Assembly: GCA_046052125.1 (NCBI GenBank)
Contig: JBJOMY010000001.1
Location: 576,001-640,000, forward strand
DNA from: Cyanobacteriota bacterium
GTDB taxonomy: Bacteria; Cyanobacteriota; Cyanobacteriia; PCC-6307; Cyanobiaceae
Reading direction: 5' to 3'
DNA length: 64,000 bases
Position numbers and translations under genes: made by a program. The notes under the pieces were generated by a model, which ran no database searches, was not told where the DNA came from, and saw only the letters and a program-made list of their open reading frames with translations. Shown one piece after another: positions 15,001-27,000 of this stretch (within the stretch, counting starts at the first letter, position 1; each line of letters opens with the position of its first letter).

Positions 15001-18000
15001 ATCGCCAACCAGGGTGAGCCTGCCGGCACCGGTTTTGATCAGCCCACCGGTGCCAGCCAGATGGGGCTGGATGCTCTGGCTGTTGGCGTTGCTGGCCGTA
15101 ATCCCCGCCGTGGTGAGGGTGCCGGCCGTGCCCAACACCGACGAGTCTGTGAGCAACAGGGTGCCGATCCTGTCGCTGAAGCCCGCCAAATCAAACGTGG
15201 CATTGGTCACGCTCACCGGCAGGGAGTCCGCCAATGCTCCGGACACGCCCAAGGCGAGCGTGCCGGCGGTGACGCTGAGGCCACCGGTGAAGGTGGACGC
15301 GCCCGCCAGGGTGAGGGTGCCGCTGCCGGTTTTGGCGAGATTGCCGCCAGCACCTGAGATCACACCCGAATAGCTGGTGGACGTGTTGAGGCCGCCCACG
15401 CTCAAGGTGCCTGTGCCCAAGGTGATCCCAGTGGTGCCGGCGATGGACCCCGCGGTTTCGGTGCGGTTGTTCACGTCGAATACGCCACCACTGAGCACCA
15501 GGGCGCTGAGGTTGGGGAGCTGTTCGTCGGCCGCCAAGCGCAGGATGCCGCCGCTGATGGTGGTGATGCCGGTGTAGCTGTTGGCACCCACGGCGCCACC
15601 GAAGCTCACCGTGCCAGTTCCGGCCTTCTTCAGGCCGCCGGCACCGCTGATCAGCGCGTTGACATCGCGGTTGGTGCCGTCACCGAAGGTGAGAACGTTG
15701 CCGGAGGCGAGGGTGACGAAGGAGCCGGTTGCACCAGCCAGCGAACCGATCGTGTCGGTGCTGCGCACGTCAAAGGTTGCGTTCGCGCTCACGCTCACCA
15801 CCGTGCTGTCGCTGAGGGTGCCGCTCAGGCGCAGGGTGCCGGCCTCGATGTTGGTGGCACCGGTGTAGGCGTGGGTGCCCGAGACGATCTGCACACCGTC
15901 TCCTTTCTTGCTCAGCGCGAGGGTGCTGTCTGTGATGTTGCCGCTGTAGGTGGCAGTGGCGTTGGTGACGCCAATGTTGTTGGCGATGCCGATCTGCAGA
16001 GTGGTAGCGCCACTACCGCCGCTGCGCTTGATTTCGCCACTGCCGGTGAGCGCATCGATGATGACTCCATTGGCATTGTTGTAATCGAAAAGGTTGAGGT
16101 TGGCGCTGCTGGCGATATCGAGGCTGGCCTCGTTTGACGTCCAATCACTCACTGAACCATTGGCCAGGCGTAGCTCACCCTTGAGCAGCTTGATCCAGCC
16201 GCCGGCACTGAGATCAATCGTGCCGCCATATGAACCATGGAGATAACCAACGGAGCTCGTGGTGGCGCCATCGCGTTCGAGCGTGCCGGCACCGCGGTAG
16301 GTGATCCCGGCCGTGTTGGTGAACGTGTTGAGGTTGCCGCTCAGGGTGAGGGTGGCGCCTGAAGCGATGTCCACCGTTGGCGTTTCGGTGGAGCTGCCGC
16401 CGAACACCAACTTGCCGGCATTCACCTGCGTGCCCACGTTGTAGGTGTTGGTGGTGTGGCTCAAGGTGGTGGTGCCACTGCCGTCTTGGATCAGCAGGCC
16501 GGTGTTGTTGGCGGGATTACTGCCCTTGGTGACGGCCTGGCTCACGCTGTAGGCGTTGCTGCGGTTGAACACGAGGCTGCCACCGGTGAGCTGCACCTCG
16601 GTGCTGCTGGAGCCCAGTTGACCGGTGGTGCCTCCCGCGCCGATCTGCAGCACGCCGCCCTTGACCTGGGTAACACCGGAATAGGTGTTCGCACCGGTGA
16701 AGATCTGCGTGCCGCTGCCCACCTTGATTACATTTTGAAGCTTGTGATTGTTGGCCGCGTCATAGTCTTGGATCACACCACTAAAGGTGCCGCTGCCGCC
16801 GGCGATGCCGATGGTGGGGCTCGACGAGAGGCCACTCCAGCCTGACCTCCAGGTGCCGCCGCCCGTGAGGGCGTCAATAATCACATTGTTTTCTACACTT
16901 GAGAAAGTGGCACCCGAGGCGATATTGAGCGATGCTTTGTTGTCGGTCCATACTTCGTTGTTGTAACTACCGGCGACAAACTCGCCGCCTTGTACATCAA
17001 TCCAACTGCCTGGGCCAAGGTTGAATGTGGCTGCGGTTGTACCCCACTGAATCTTGCCGGCACCCGTTTTACGCAAGGTGCCGTTGCCGCTGACGCTGAG
17101 GTTGTAAGCCAGATCGCGAGTTCCTGAGCCCACGTTGAACTCCAGAACCCCTCGTGTGCCGGCAGCGTCGTTGGCATTGAGGGTGACGCCGGATGTGCGT
17201 GGAGAAACATTGCCCGAGCCATTCGTATCGAAATCGAAGGCCAGGGTGCCATCGTTCACCGTGGTGCTGCCACCGTAGGAATAGGGATTCGTGGTGTTGA
17301 GGAGCCGGAGCGTTCCTGCACCATCCTTCACGATGTTGAGCTTGGAGGTGCCGGGTGTGCCTGCTTTATCGCGAACGTTGCCCGTGAAGGCAACATCCTG
17401 GGCTTGGGTGATGGTGAGGGTTCCATTGGCAAGATTATCGAGATTCCAATGGTTTTGAATGTTGGCGCGCCAGTTGTTGCTGTTGCTGCCCTGCAGGATG
17501 TTGCCGATCACCTGCGAGGTGCCCATGATGTTTGTTTCAGCCCAGCCTGATGAGCGGCTGTCAAACACCAGGTTCACATTGGAGCCGAGCTGATTGTTGG
17601 CTCCAAACTCCAGGAAGGCATCAGCGCCGTTGACTTCCGAGATGATCGAAATATTGCTCGTGGCTGCCGTGTTGGTGTAGAGCGCGCGCCCATTTGGGTT
17701 GGCCAGACGCAAACGACCCGAGATCAAGTTGGTGTAGCCGGTGTAGCTGCTGGAGCCAGTGAGTGTCACCAACGACGCCGTACTGTCGGTGGTGCTTGGG
17801 TTGAAGGCGCGGAACTCCAGGCCATGGGAGCCGCCGCTCTCCGAGATCGAGCTGGCAATGCTCACGTTGGCATTCGTGCTCCACATCCCGATCCGGGCGT
17901 TGCCCGTGAGCACGATCTGGCCATTGAGCTGCAGGGTGCCGTTGTTATCCAGGCGTAGGGCGCCCAGGCCATTCACACCTTTATTGGTGGCTGCTGCCTC

Positions 18001-21000
18001 CAGCCAGCCCTCGCCCTCGAGCTTGATGCGGCTGTTGATGGTGGGCGAGCTGGGGAACCAGAGCTGGCCCCCTTGCTTCACAATCACCCAGGGGTTGTTG
18101 GTGCCGATGTTGGCCTGCGCGTCGACCCGCAGACGGGCCTTGTCCACCGTGATCGTGGCATCAACGCCGATGCTGTTGGTGCCGTTGTAGTCGTAGTGGC
18201 TTTGGCCGGAGACCCCCGTGCCGCGGAAGATCACATTGCCGATGCCTGTGATGTTGTGGTTGATGGATACATCGTTATTGCGGAAATATTCGAGCGTTGA
18301 GGATGTACTCGTCAGGTTGACGGTGTTCCGGGAATCAAGGCTGCCAACGCCATTGCCATCGCCGATCTGCAGGGTGCCTGCGTGGATGGTGATGCCACCG
18401 GTGCTGTAGGTGTCGGTGGTGATGGTGAGCTTGCCGGATCCATATTTCTCCAGGGCAAGCGATGGTTTGGTGCCACCAGATGTGGGTGTTGCGTTGCTGT
18501 CTCTGCCAGCGGAATCACGATAGGCGTCCCGCAGATAGCCCTTGAACTCGAGATCCCTGGTTTGGTTGAAAATCAGCCTGGCCGCTCCAACACCTGTATC
18601 GTGGGCCGCTGACTCCACGTTTTGTAGCACTGCCCATCCCGGGTTCGCTCCAGTGGAGATATTGCCAATCGTCTGCGTCGTTCCGCGCAGTGTCATATAC
18701 GCAAATGGGTTTTGCGTGTCAAACGTGACATCCACATCAGCACCAAGCTGGTTGTCAGCGCCAAACTCCAGCTGGGCCCACACGTTGGGGAAGGTCCATC
18801 CTGTGCTGTTGACCTTGTGGTTAATCACCACCTCACCGCCGCCAGCTCCGGTGTAAAGCGCTGGTCCGTTGGTGTTGGCCAAACGCAAGATGCCGTCGCC
18901 CACAATCGTTTGGCCGGTGTAGGTGCTGGCCCCGGTGAGCAGCATCCGGCCTGGGCCCCACTTCTCCAGGGCAAAGCTGCCGCCCTGCTCAGAGATCACA
19001 CCGCCGATCGTTCCCCATCCCGTGTCGCCCCACACACCAATACGGGCGTTGGCGGTCAAGATGGCGTTGCCGCTGAACAGAGCTGAGTTGTCGATGCGCA
19101 GCGCGCCCAGTTGCCCAACGCTTTCCTGCCAGCCATCCCCAGCGAGATAGACCGTGTTGGCCAGGCCAGCTGCGCCGAAGGCCTGCGAACCTTCGGCTGT
19201 GAGATACAGCTGACCAGTGTTTTCCACCCTGACGATACCGGTGCCGAAGGCGCCGGCATTCGTCACGGTGAGCCTGGTTTGCGGCTTGGAGATCACCGTG
19301 CCGCTGAAATTGGGGCTCGCCAAGCTGAGCTTGTAGCCACCTTGAGTTGACGTGGCCGTGCCCGTGAATTCCACCTGGCCCGAGCCGCTGAGGGTGTTGG
19401 ACACCACGCGGCTGCTTGCATCACTCTTGTAGGTGAGCAGTGCACCGGCGCCCACATTCACATCGCCGCCAATGGAGCCGGTGGAACCGCTGGAATTGCC
19501 GATGTAAAGCTGCCGATTCGCGGCAATCGTGGTTTGCCCGCTGAAGGTGTTGTTATTGGAAAGGGTGAGCAGACCTTCACCTTGCTGAATCAGCGTGCCG
19601 CTCCCGCTCACAACACCCGCCAGGGTTTGCGCCGACGAGGTGTCAAAGCGCAGGGTGGCGCCGCTGGCCACAGACACACTGCCGTTGAGAGTGCCGCTGT
19701 TGAATCGGCCGCTGCTGGTGAGTTTGAATTCACCGGCATTGATCGAAAGACTCTTGGAGAAACCGTGATTCACGGCTCCATCCAGGGTGAAGGTGCCGGT
19801 GCCCACCTTGGTGATCGCACCCACCAGGCCTGTCACCGTGCCGGAGAACGTTGATGTGGCGTCGCTTTCACCCACCACCAGGGTGGGGAGCGTGGCATTG
19901 GTATAACTCGCACCGCTGACGGTGCCGGAGCCTGTGAGGTTGCGGATCCGGTACTGGGGCAGATCCCAGAGGTCAAAGGTTGCGCCAGAGGCAACATTCA
20001 CATCCACTTTGTTGTTGGTGGCGGTGTCATTCCAGCCCCAACCGAAATAGAGCCTGCCCTCTTGCACATCAATCTTGGAGCCGGCAGCAAGCGCCCAGGT
20101 GTCGGCGTCGTCGGTGCTGATCCCCAGGGTGGCGCTGCCCTTCTTGATGATCGTGCCGCCACCGGTCCAGGTGACTCCGCTTGTCCCTGTCCAGAACGCC
20201 CGCTGCGATCCGGTGAGATTTGAGTCGGTCCCACCGCCGGTCCAGCTGGTGGCACCCGTATCAAATTCAAGGGTTGTGCCACTGGCGATATCCATCGCTG
20301 TGGTTTGCGATGTGCCGCCTGTGATCTTGAGGGTGCCGCCATCAAGATCCGTGCGGCCGGTGTAGGTGTTCGAACCTGACAAGGTGACGACACTCGTTGC
20401 GCCATCAATCAACAGATTGCCGCCCGTGCCGCTGATGGCGCCAGAGAACGCTTGCGTGCCGCCCGCCTTGTAGCGCAAGGTTGAACCATTGCCGAGGCTG
20501 ATGGCTCCCGCATAGGCACCGCCGCCGAGATTGCCTCCTGGAAGAATCTCCAGATCACCAGCGCTCACCGTGGTGGAGCCAGTGAACAGCGAGGCTCCAG
20601 CCAGCGCCAGGGTGCCACTGCCACTTTTGCTGAGGCTGCCTGTTGTGGCAGGCGTGCCACCGCTGAACGTGAGGCTGCCCGAGGGTAGATCGATCGTGCC
20701 GCTGCCGCCGGCAGCGATGCTGAAGCCACGGTTGGAGGTGGCCGAAGCAGAGCCGGTGTAGCGGAGCGAGCCACCGTTGAACAGCAGGTTGGCTGCATCA
20801 GCCGTGGAGGCACCGAGCGCTGAAGCGGCCCCAGCATTAGCCACGCTGCTCACCGCCAACACGCCGCCCGCGAGGCCGGTGCCACCGGTGTAGGTGTTGA
20901 GGCCTGAGAGGGTGAGGGTGCCGTTCCAGGTTTTCCAGAGGCGGCTCGTTGTGGCCCCGGAAATCACCCCGGTGATGGACGCTGCATCACTGCTGCTGTA

Positions 21001-24000
21001 GGTGCCCACATCGGCATCCGCCGTGAGCGCAACCGTGCCAGCCCATGAGGCGCCGTTGTCCAAGCGCAAGGCTCCCAATCGGCCAGTCCCTTCGTTCCAC
21101 CCCTGGCCAGCGATGCTCAGCGCTGTGGTGATCGGCGTGGTGGTGTACACGAACACACCGGAGCCGCTGGCCACATTCAGCGTTGCTGTGCCGAGGCCTA
21201 TATCAGTGCCCAGTTTGAGGCGGGTGTTATCGCTGATGCGCATCGCGCCACTGAAGCTGGCATTGCTGCGGGTGAGATCAAAATCACCGACGTTGATCGT
21301 GTTGATCCCTTTGAGTTGAACCGTGCCTGCGCCCGCCAGCTCGGGTGTGAGCGTGACTGACGTGTCGTTGACGTAGGTAAACGTGCTCCCGGCAGCCACC
21401 GTGATCTTGTTCAGCCCCAGAGTGGTATTGCCGTTCGCGCTGGGGTCGTCATCGATGTTGTAAACAAACTCACCAGCATTCACCGTCAGGTTGCCGCCTT
21501 GAAGGTGATTGGTATGAGAACTGGATGTCTTAAACGTCAGCGTGGCGCTACCATTTTTAACTAGATTGAGCTCAGATCCGGATCCGCTCCAGTTCCGGCG
21601 GAATGATCCGGTATAAGTCGCGTCTGTCGTTTGATTCACCGTGAGTGTGGCCGTTTTATTGCTGACACTGTTTTGAAGCTGAATTAAGTTGCGCTGCTGG
21701 CCACCGGCGTCCAGTAGATTTCCAATCGTCTGGCTGAAGCCGTCGAGAGCAAATTCGTTGTACCAGCCGCCGGTATAGGAGGTGCCATCGAAGCTCACAT
21801 TCACATTGGAGCCGAGCTGGTTAGCGGCAAGCGTGTGCACGCCAACGAAATAACCGCCAGAGGTATTGGAGCCTGTTGAGTTGTCGTTATTGATCCGCAC
21901 CGTGCCACTGGGGCGTTCCGTGCTGCCCGTGGGGGCGTTGTATAACGCGGGGCCGGTTTGATTGTTGAGATAGAGCTTGCCGCCGCGGATCACGGTGTCG
22001 CCACCGAAGGTGTTGGCAGCTGTGAGCGTGAGGCCGTAGTAGCCGGTTTTCTCTAGGCCGAAGCTGTTGACGCCGTCGTCGATGACGCCGCTGATCGCGA
22101 GGTTGCCTGCTCCACTGGTGTGGATCCGGGCGTTGTTGGCCAGGGTGATCGGTCCGCTGAGGGTGACGAGGTTGCTGGAAGAATGGCGAATCGCCCCCAG
22201 CTGTGAACCGTCCGGCTCCTTCCAGCCGCTACCGGCCAGCAGGATTGGGGCCGAGAAGGTGCCAGTGACGGCGGAGGAGAAAAACAGCTGGCCACCGGTT
22301 CGCACATCGATGGTGGAGGCGTTGCCGAGTGTGCCCCCAGTCGTCACATCAAAGCGGGCCTTGTCGACCACCACCGTGCCTGCGGCCGAGAGAGAATTGG
22401 TGCCGTAATAGCTATACGACGATTGCCCATTGGCGCCCGTACCTTTCAGGATCACCGTGCCATCGCCGCTCCAGTTGTTGTTGATGGAATACGGATTGGT
22501 GCTGCGGTGATAGGTGAGAGTTGTGCCAGCAGCAAGGCTCACGGGGGCTGAACCAATCCGGCCATGGTCTGATCCATCACCCACGGTGACCGTGCCGGCC
22601 TGCACATCGAGGCCGCCGGTGAAGTTCATGCCATCGTTCTTTGACGATGTGTGCAGGAACAGCAAATCGCCGCTCCCCCGCTTCACGATCTTCAGGGGGT
22701 TATTGGTGCCGTTGCTATCCTGATCGCGCACCCACGCATTCAAAATTGAATTGTCATTGCCTGTGAGGGTGAGGGTGCCCTGGCTGCGGCCGCTCACAAC
22801 CGTGCCATCAGATCCAATGTTCTGAAGGATGAGTGACCCCTGCGCGCTGCTCGAGCCGCTGATGATTTGCTTGAGCGACTGATTCGTTCCGCGCAGATCA
22901 AAGCGCGTCCAATTACCCGCGGCGTTTGCCGAGGTGAGCACCAAGCCATCGGCAAACTGGTTGTCGCGCATCATGCGCAGGTTGGACGCGTTTGCCGTGT
23001 TGTTGCCCAGAGTGATGTTGGTGGCAATCGCCGGCCCACTGGCGGAATTCAGCCACACGGTTCCGTTCTCGAGTGTGAACCCACCACTGAAGGTGTTAAC
23101 GCCGCTGAGCGTGAGCTCTCCGCTACCCGATTTCACGAAGCGGCCGGCGCCCGACATCACACCGGAATAGGTTGTCGATGCGCTGTCGTCGGAGGTCAGC
23201 GTGACGCCCGAGAGGATCTGCACATTGCCGCCGCCTTGCAGATAGGCGATCTTGTGGGTATTGGCGGCGATGTAGGTCGCCCCCGTGGCCACCGTGGTTT
23301 CGGTGCCATCGCCGGCGCTTGGATACTGCGTGCCGCTCACCTTCAAGGTGCCGGCGTTGACATACGTGGCGCCGTAATAGGTGTTGTTTCCCGCCAATTC
23401 CAGCTGACCGAGGCCAGACTTGGTCAGCGTGCCGTGGGTTCCGTTGGTGTGGATCGGCGCGGAGACGAGGGCCGAGGCGTTTTGCGCCACGTCAAAGGTG
23501 ATATTGAGGCCATCGTTGCGGAGCCTGAAATCACCTGAGCCACCACCAGGCAGGATCTCGGAGATGGCACCTGATGTTGTCGGTGCCTTGATATTGAAGG
23601 TCAGGCCCATCACCTGCGTGTTATTGCCCATGTAGAACTTGCCGCCGGTCATCTCGACCGTGAAGTTGTTCCACATGTGCTGCTGCAGCGCATTATCGGC
23701 CCGGCCCACTTGGCCGCCTTCGTTGACGGTGATCGCTTCGATGGCAGAGTTGCCGATCCAGCCGAAGGAATTGGCAACAGCCCAATCGAGGATGCCGCCG
23801 CTATTCACAATCACTCTGCTGCTGTTGAGTGTGCCGGCGCCGCTACCGTCGAAGCGATCCAACGAGAGGGTGCCCCCATTGATCGTGGTGGTGCCCGTGT
23901 AGTCGCTCCAGTTGGTGAGATTGAGGGTGCCGGTGCCGTTTTTAACCAGCCCACCAGTGCCGCGGATGTTGCCCGCGAAGCTGCGATTGCTCGTTTGATT

Positions 24001-27000
24001 CAGCGTGAGCGTACCGCTGCCCAGCTGGATGGAGCCGCCTGTGCCCGACAGCTTGCCCATGGAGTGGCTGACGCTGTTGAGATCGAGCAAGCCACCATTG
24101 ACGATGAGATCGCCTCCGGATGGGAGGCTGCTGCCGGCTCCAGAAAGCGCGAGGGTGCCTGAAGACACGGTCGTGGAGCCGTTGTAGGTGAGCTGGTTCG
24201 AGAACGTCTGAGTGCCAGATCCTTTCGTCTTGGCGATGGAGCCTTGACCTTGAATCACACCGGCAAAGGTGCTGTTTGCGTTGTCGCCCAGCGTCAAGGT
24301 GGCGTTGTTGCTGAGGTTGACGACTGTGTTGGTTGGGCTACCTGTGTTATGCCCCAGCAAACCGATCGAGATATTGCCGCCGATGTTTAGCGTCGTGCCG
24401 GCATCCATGCGCACATCGGAGTCGACGTTGAGGCTCCAATTCGTGCCGCTGAGCTCGAGCGTGCCACCACGGAGAACGTAGTCGCCGAAGTTCCCCTGGG
24501 CACCAGAGAAGGTCTGCTTACCAGCCCCGGCCTTTTCGATCCACAGATTCCAATCAACAATGCCTGAATAGGTGTAGTTGGCAGCGCTGGTTGAATTGGT
24601 GATGTAGATCGCCTTGTTGCCGCCGGCGCCATAGGTGTTCTGCAGGAGGCCGCCACCAGTTAATCCTGAGATGTAGACGTTTTCGCTGTATGTGTCGAAG
24701 GTTGTTCCAGAGTCAATCTGAAGCACGCCTTGGTTGTTGCGCCAGTTGTCCCGCGTGTAGTTATGGCTTACTTGCCCCTCCGCCACCTGAAACAGGCCGT
24801 CGCTGGCTTGGCTCACGATGAAGCGGCGATCGTTCCAGCCCATCTCCAGGCTAAACGTGCCCGTTTTTTTAACGGTGCCGGAGCCATTGAGTGTTAATGA
24901 GCGACCAGATTCGAGGTAGGTTTGATTGCTGGAATTGCCCGCTGTTGCCGCGAGCTCCAGCACGGCACCGCTGTTCACCGTGATCGTCTGGTCGCCATTC
25001 GCCCAGCGGAAGCGGTTGGTGCCCTCGGCCGAGCCAGGCACAAGTCGCAGCGTGCCCGCTTGAACTGTTGTGCCGCCCGTCATGTCGCCACGACCGGCCA
25101 AGGTTTGTGTGCCGGTACCGCTCTTGATCAGGGTCCCGCTGCCGGTGATGTCGCCGCTGTAGCTCCCGGATCCGCCCACATTGAAGATGACATTTCCTCC
25201 GCCGACGGAGATTTCACCTGATCCAAGTACTGCACCCGTTGTGGTTTTCAGTTCCAGGCAGTCCCTCCTGTCACACACGCGAAGGATCCTGGCATTGATG
25301 TTGATGTTCCGGTAGGCATCGAGGGTGAGTTTGTTGTTGCTACCGCTGGTGAAAGCCGTTGCAAGGGTGATATCACCTGCTTGTGTTCCGGCTGAGCCGG
25401 CTCCACCGGTGCTCACCGTGACGTTCGAGCTACCTAGAGCGTTTGTGAGGGTGGTGACATTGACCACTGCCGAATCAGCAGTGCCTGTGAACGATCCATC
25501 CACTCCTGCCTGCGTTCCTTCGCTGATGGTGATGTTGTAGGGATCGAGCAACCACAGGCCCGTTTCACCCGCTGCCGCCGTTGTGTCCACGCGGATGTCA
25601 TCCACCTTCAGGTCGTAGCCGGAGGTTTCGATGCGGCCGCCGTTACCGCCTGCCGCACCACCTTTGGCCAGCAGCGTGCCCGACACCGTGGTGACGCTGT
25701 TGGCTTTGGTGATGTCGCTCCAGGCGACGATCGTGCCGCCGTCACCCAGGCGTGTGGCCGATGCATCCACTACCGCACCGCTGGCGATGGTGGTGGTAGT
25801 GGCCTGGCGCACGCTCGGGTTGCTGTTTTGCCAGCTGCCGCCGATCTGGATGGTGCCGCCCGCTGTTTCGCCCTTGGCATTCAGGGTGGCTGCCGAGCCA
25901 ACATTGATGGCATCAGCCACGATGGTGATGGCACCGCCTCTGGTGCCGTTGGTGGCTTGTATGGCTCCCTGGATGTCGACGTTGCTACCTGCAATGTCGA
26001 TCCTTTCGCCAGCTTTCAGAGATCCTGACTGGCTGACCTCTACTGAGCCAGTGCTGACCAGTGCCAGGTTTTGCGCCGAGCGCAACTCCTGATGCACCAC
26101 GATCGAGCCGTTGTGCGCGGCATCACCGATGGTGAGCTTGCTCACCGGTGCCTGATTGATCGCCTCAAGCGTTGAACCGCTCAGGGTGAGTGTGCCGAGG
26201 GTGGGGAGTGCACCGGCCTGGGCCGCACCGATTTGAATCGCCTGCTGTGGTGCGCTTGAGGTGATCTGCAGCTGACTCGACGGCCCCAGATCCAGGGCCA
26301 CCTGGATCGGCTTGGCGATCTCAATGTCTGCAGCGCTCAGCCTGATCGATGGCGCTGAGAGGAAGAGATTGCCTTGGAAGTTCAACCGGTTGGCCACACT
26401 GATGTCGCCCCGTAGGTCGATCCGCGTGGGTGCCAGCACCTCAAGGCTGTTCAAGCCCGAGAAGCCGAGGAAGGTGATGTTGCCCGTGCTCGGGAAGCTG
26501 CAGGTGGTGGAGCAGGCCTCAATCACGAGGTCTTGGCCGGCAAAGTTGAGCGCACTGGCCTGATCGATCGTGAGATCAAGCCCGTCGAGATACAACCGCT
26601 TGATGGTTGTGATTGATGCCGTTGGCGCAGCGGGGGTGCTGATCTGCGCTGCGGTGGCCTGGGTCGCAACCTGCTGCTCTGTGGCCTGCTCCACCTGGGC
26701 GATGGCCTCGGCTTCTTTGTCGTCCTCTGCGGCTGTGGTGGCTGGCGCTGCAGCCTCTGACTCTGGAGCGGGGGCCGCCTGGCTAAGCGGCTCTGTAGGG
26801 CTTGGTGAGCTGGTGGTTTGAGCCGTGTTGGCCTGGTTGGCTGCCACCACCAAGCTTCCAGCGCTGGGCTGATCGGTGGAGATGGCCTCTGCACCTTGAA
26901 TTTCGCCTTTGGCTTCCACCGTGACGGTGGAGCCCTCGTTCACGGCTTGTTGGAGCGATTCAGCACTGATCGTGCTGGTTGCTTCTGTTGGGGCTGCTGT

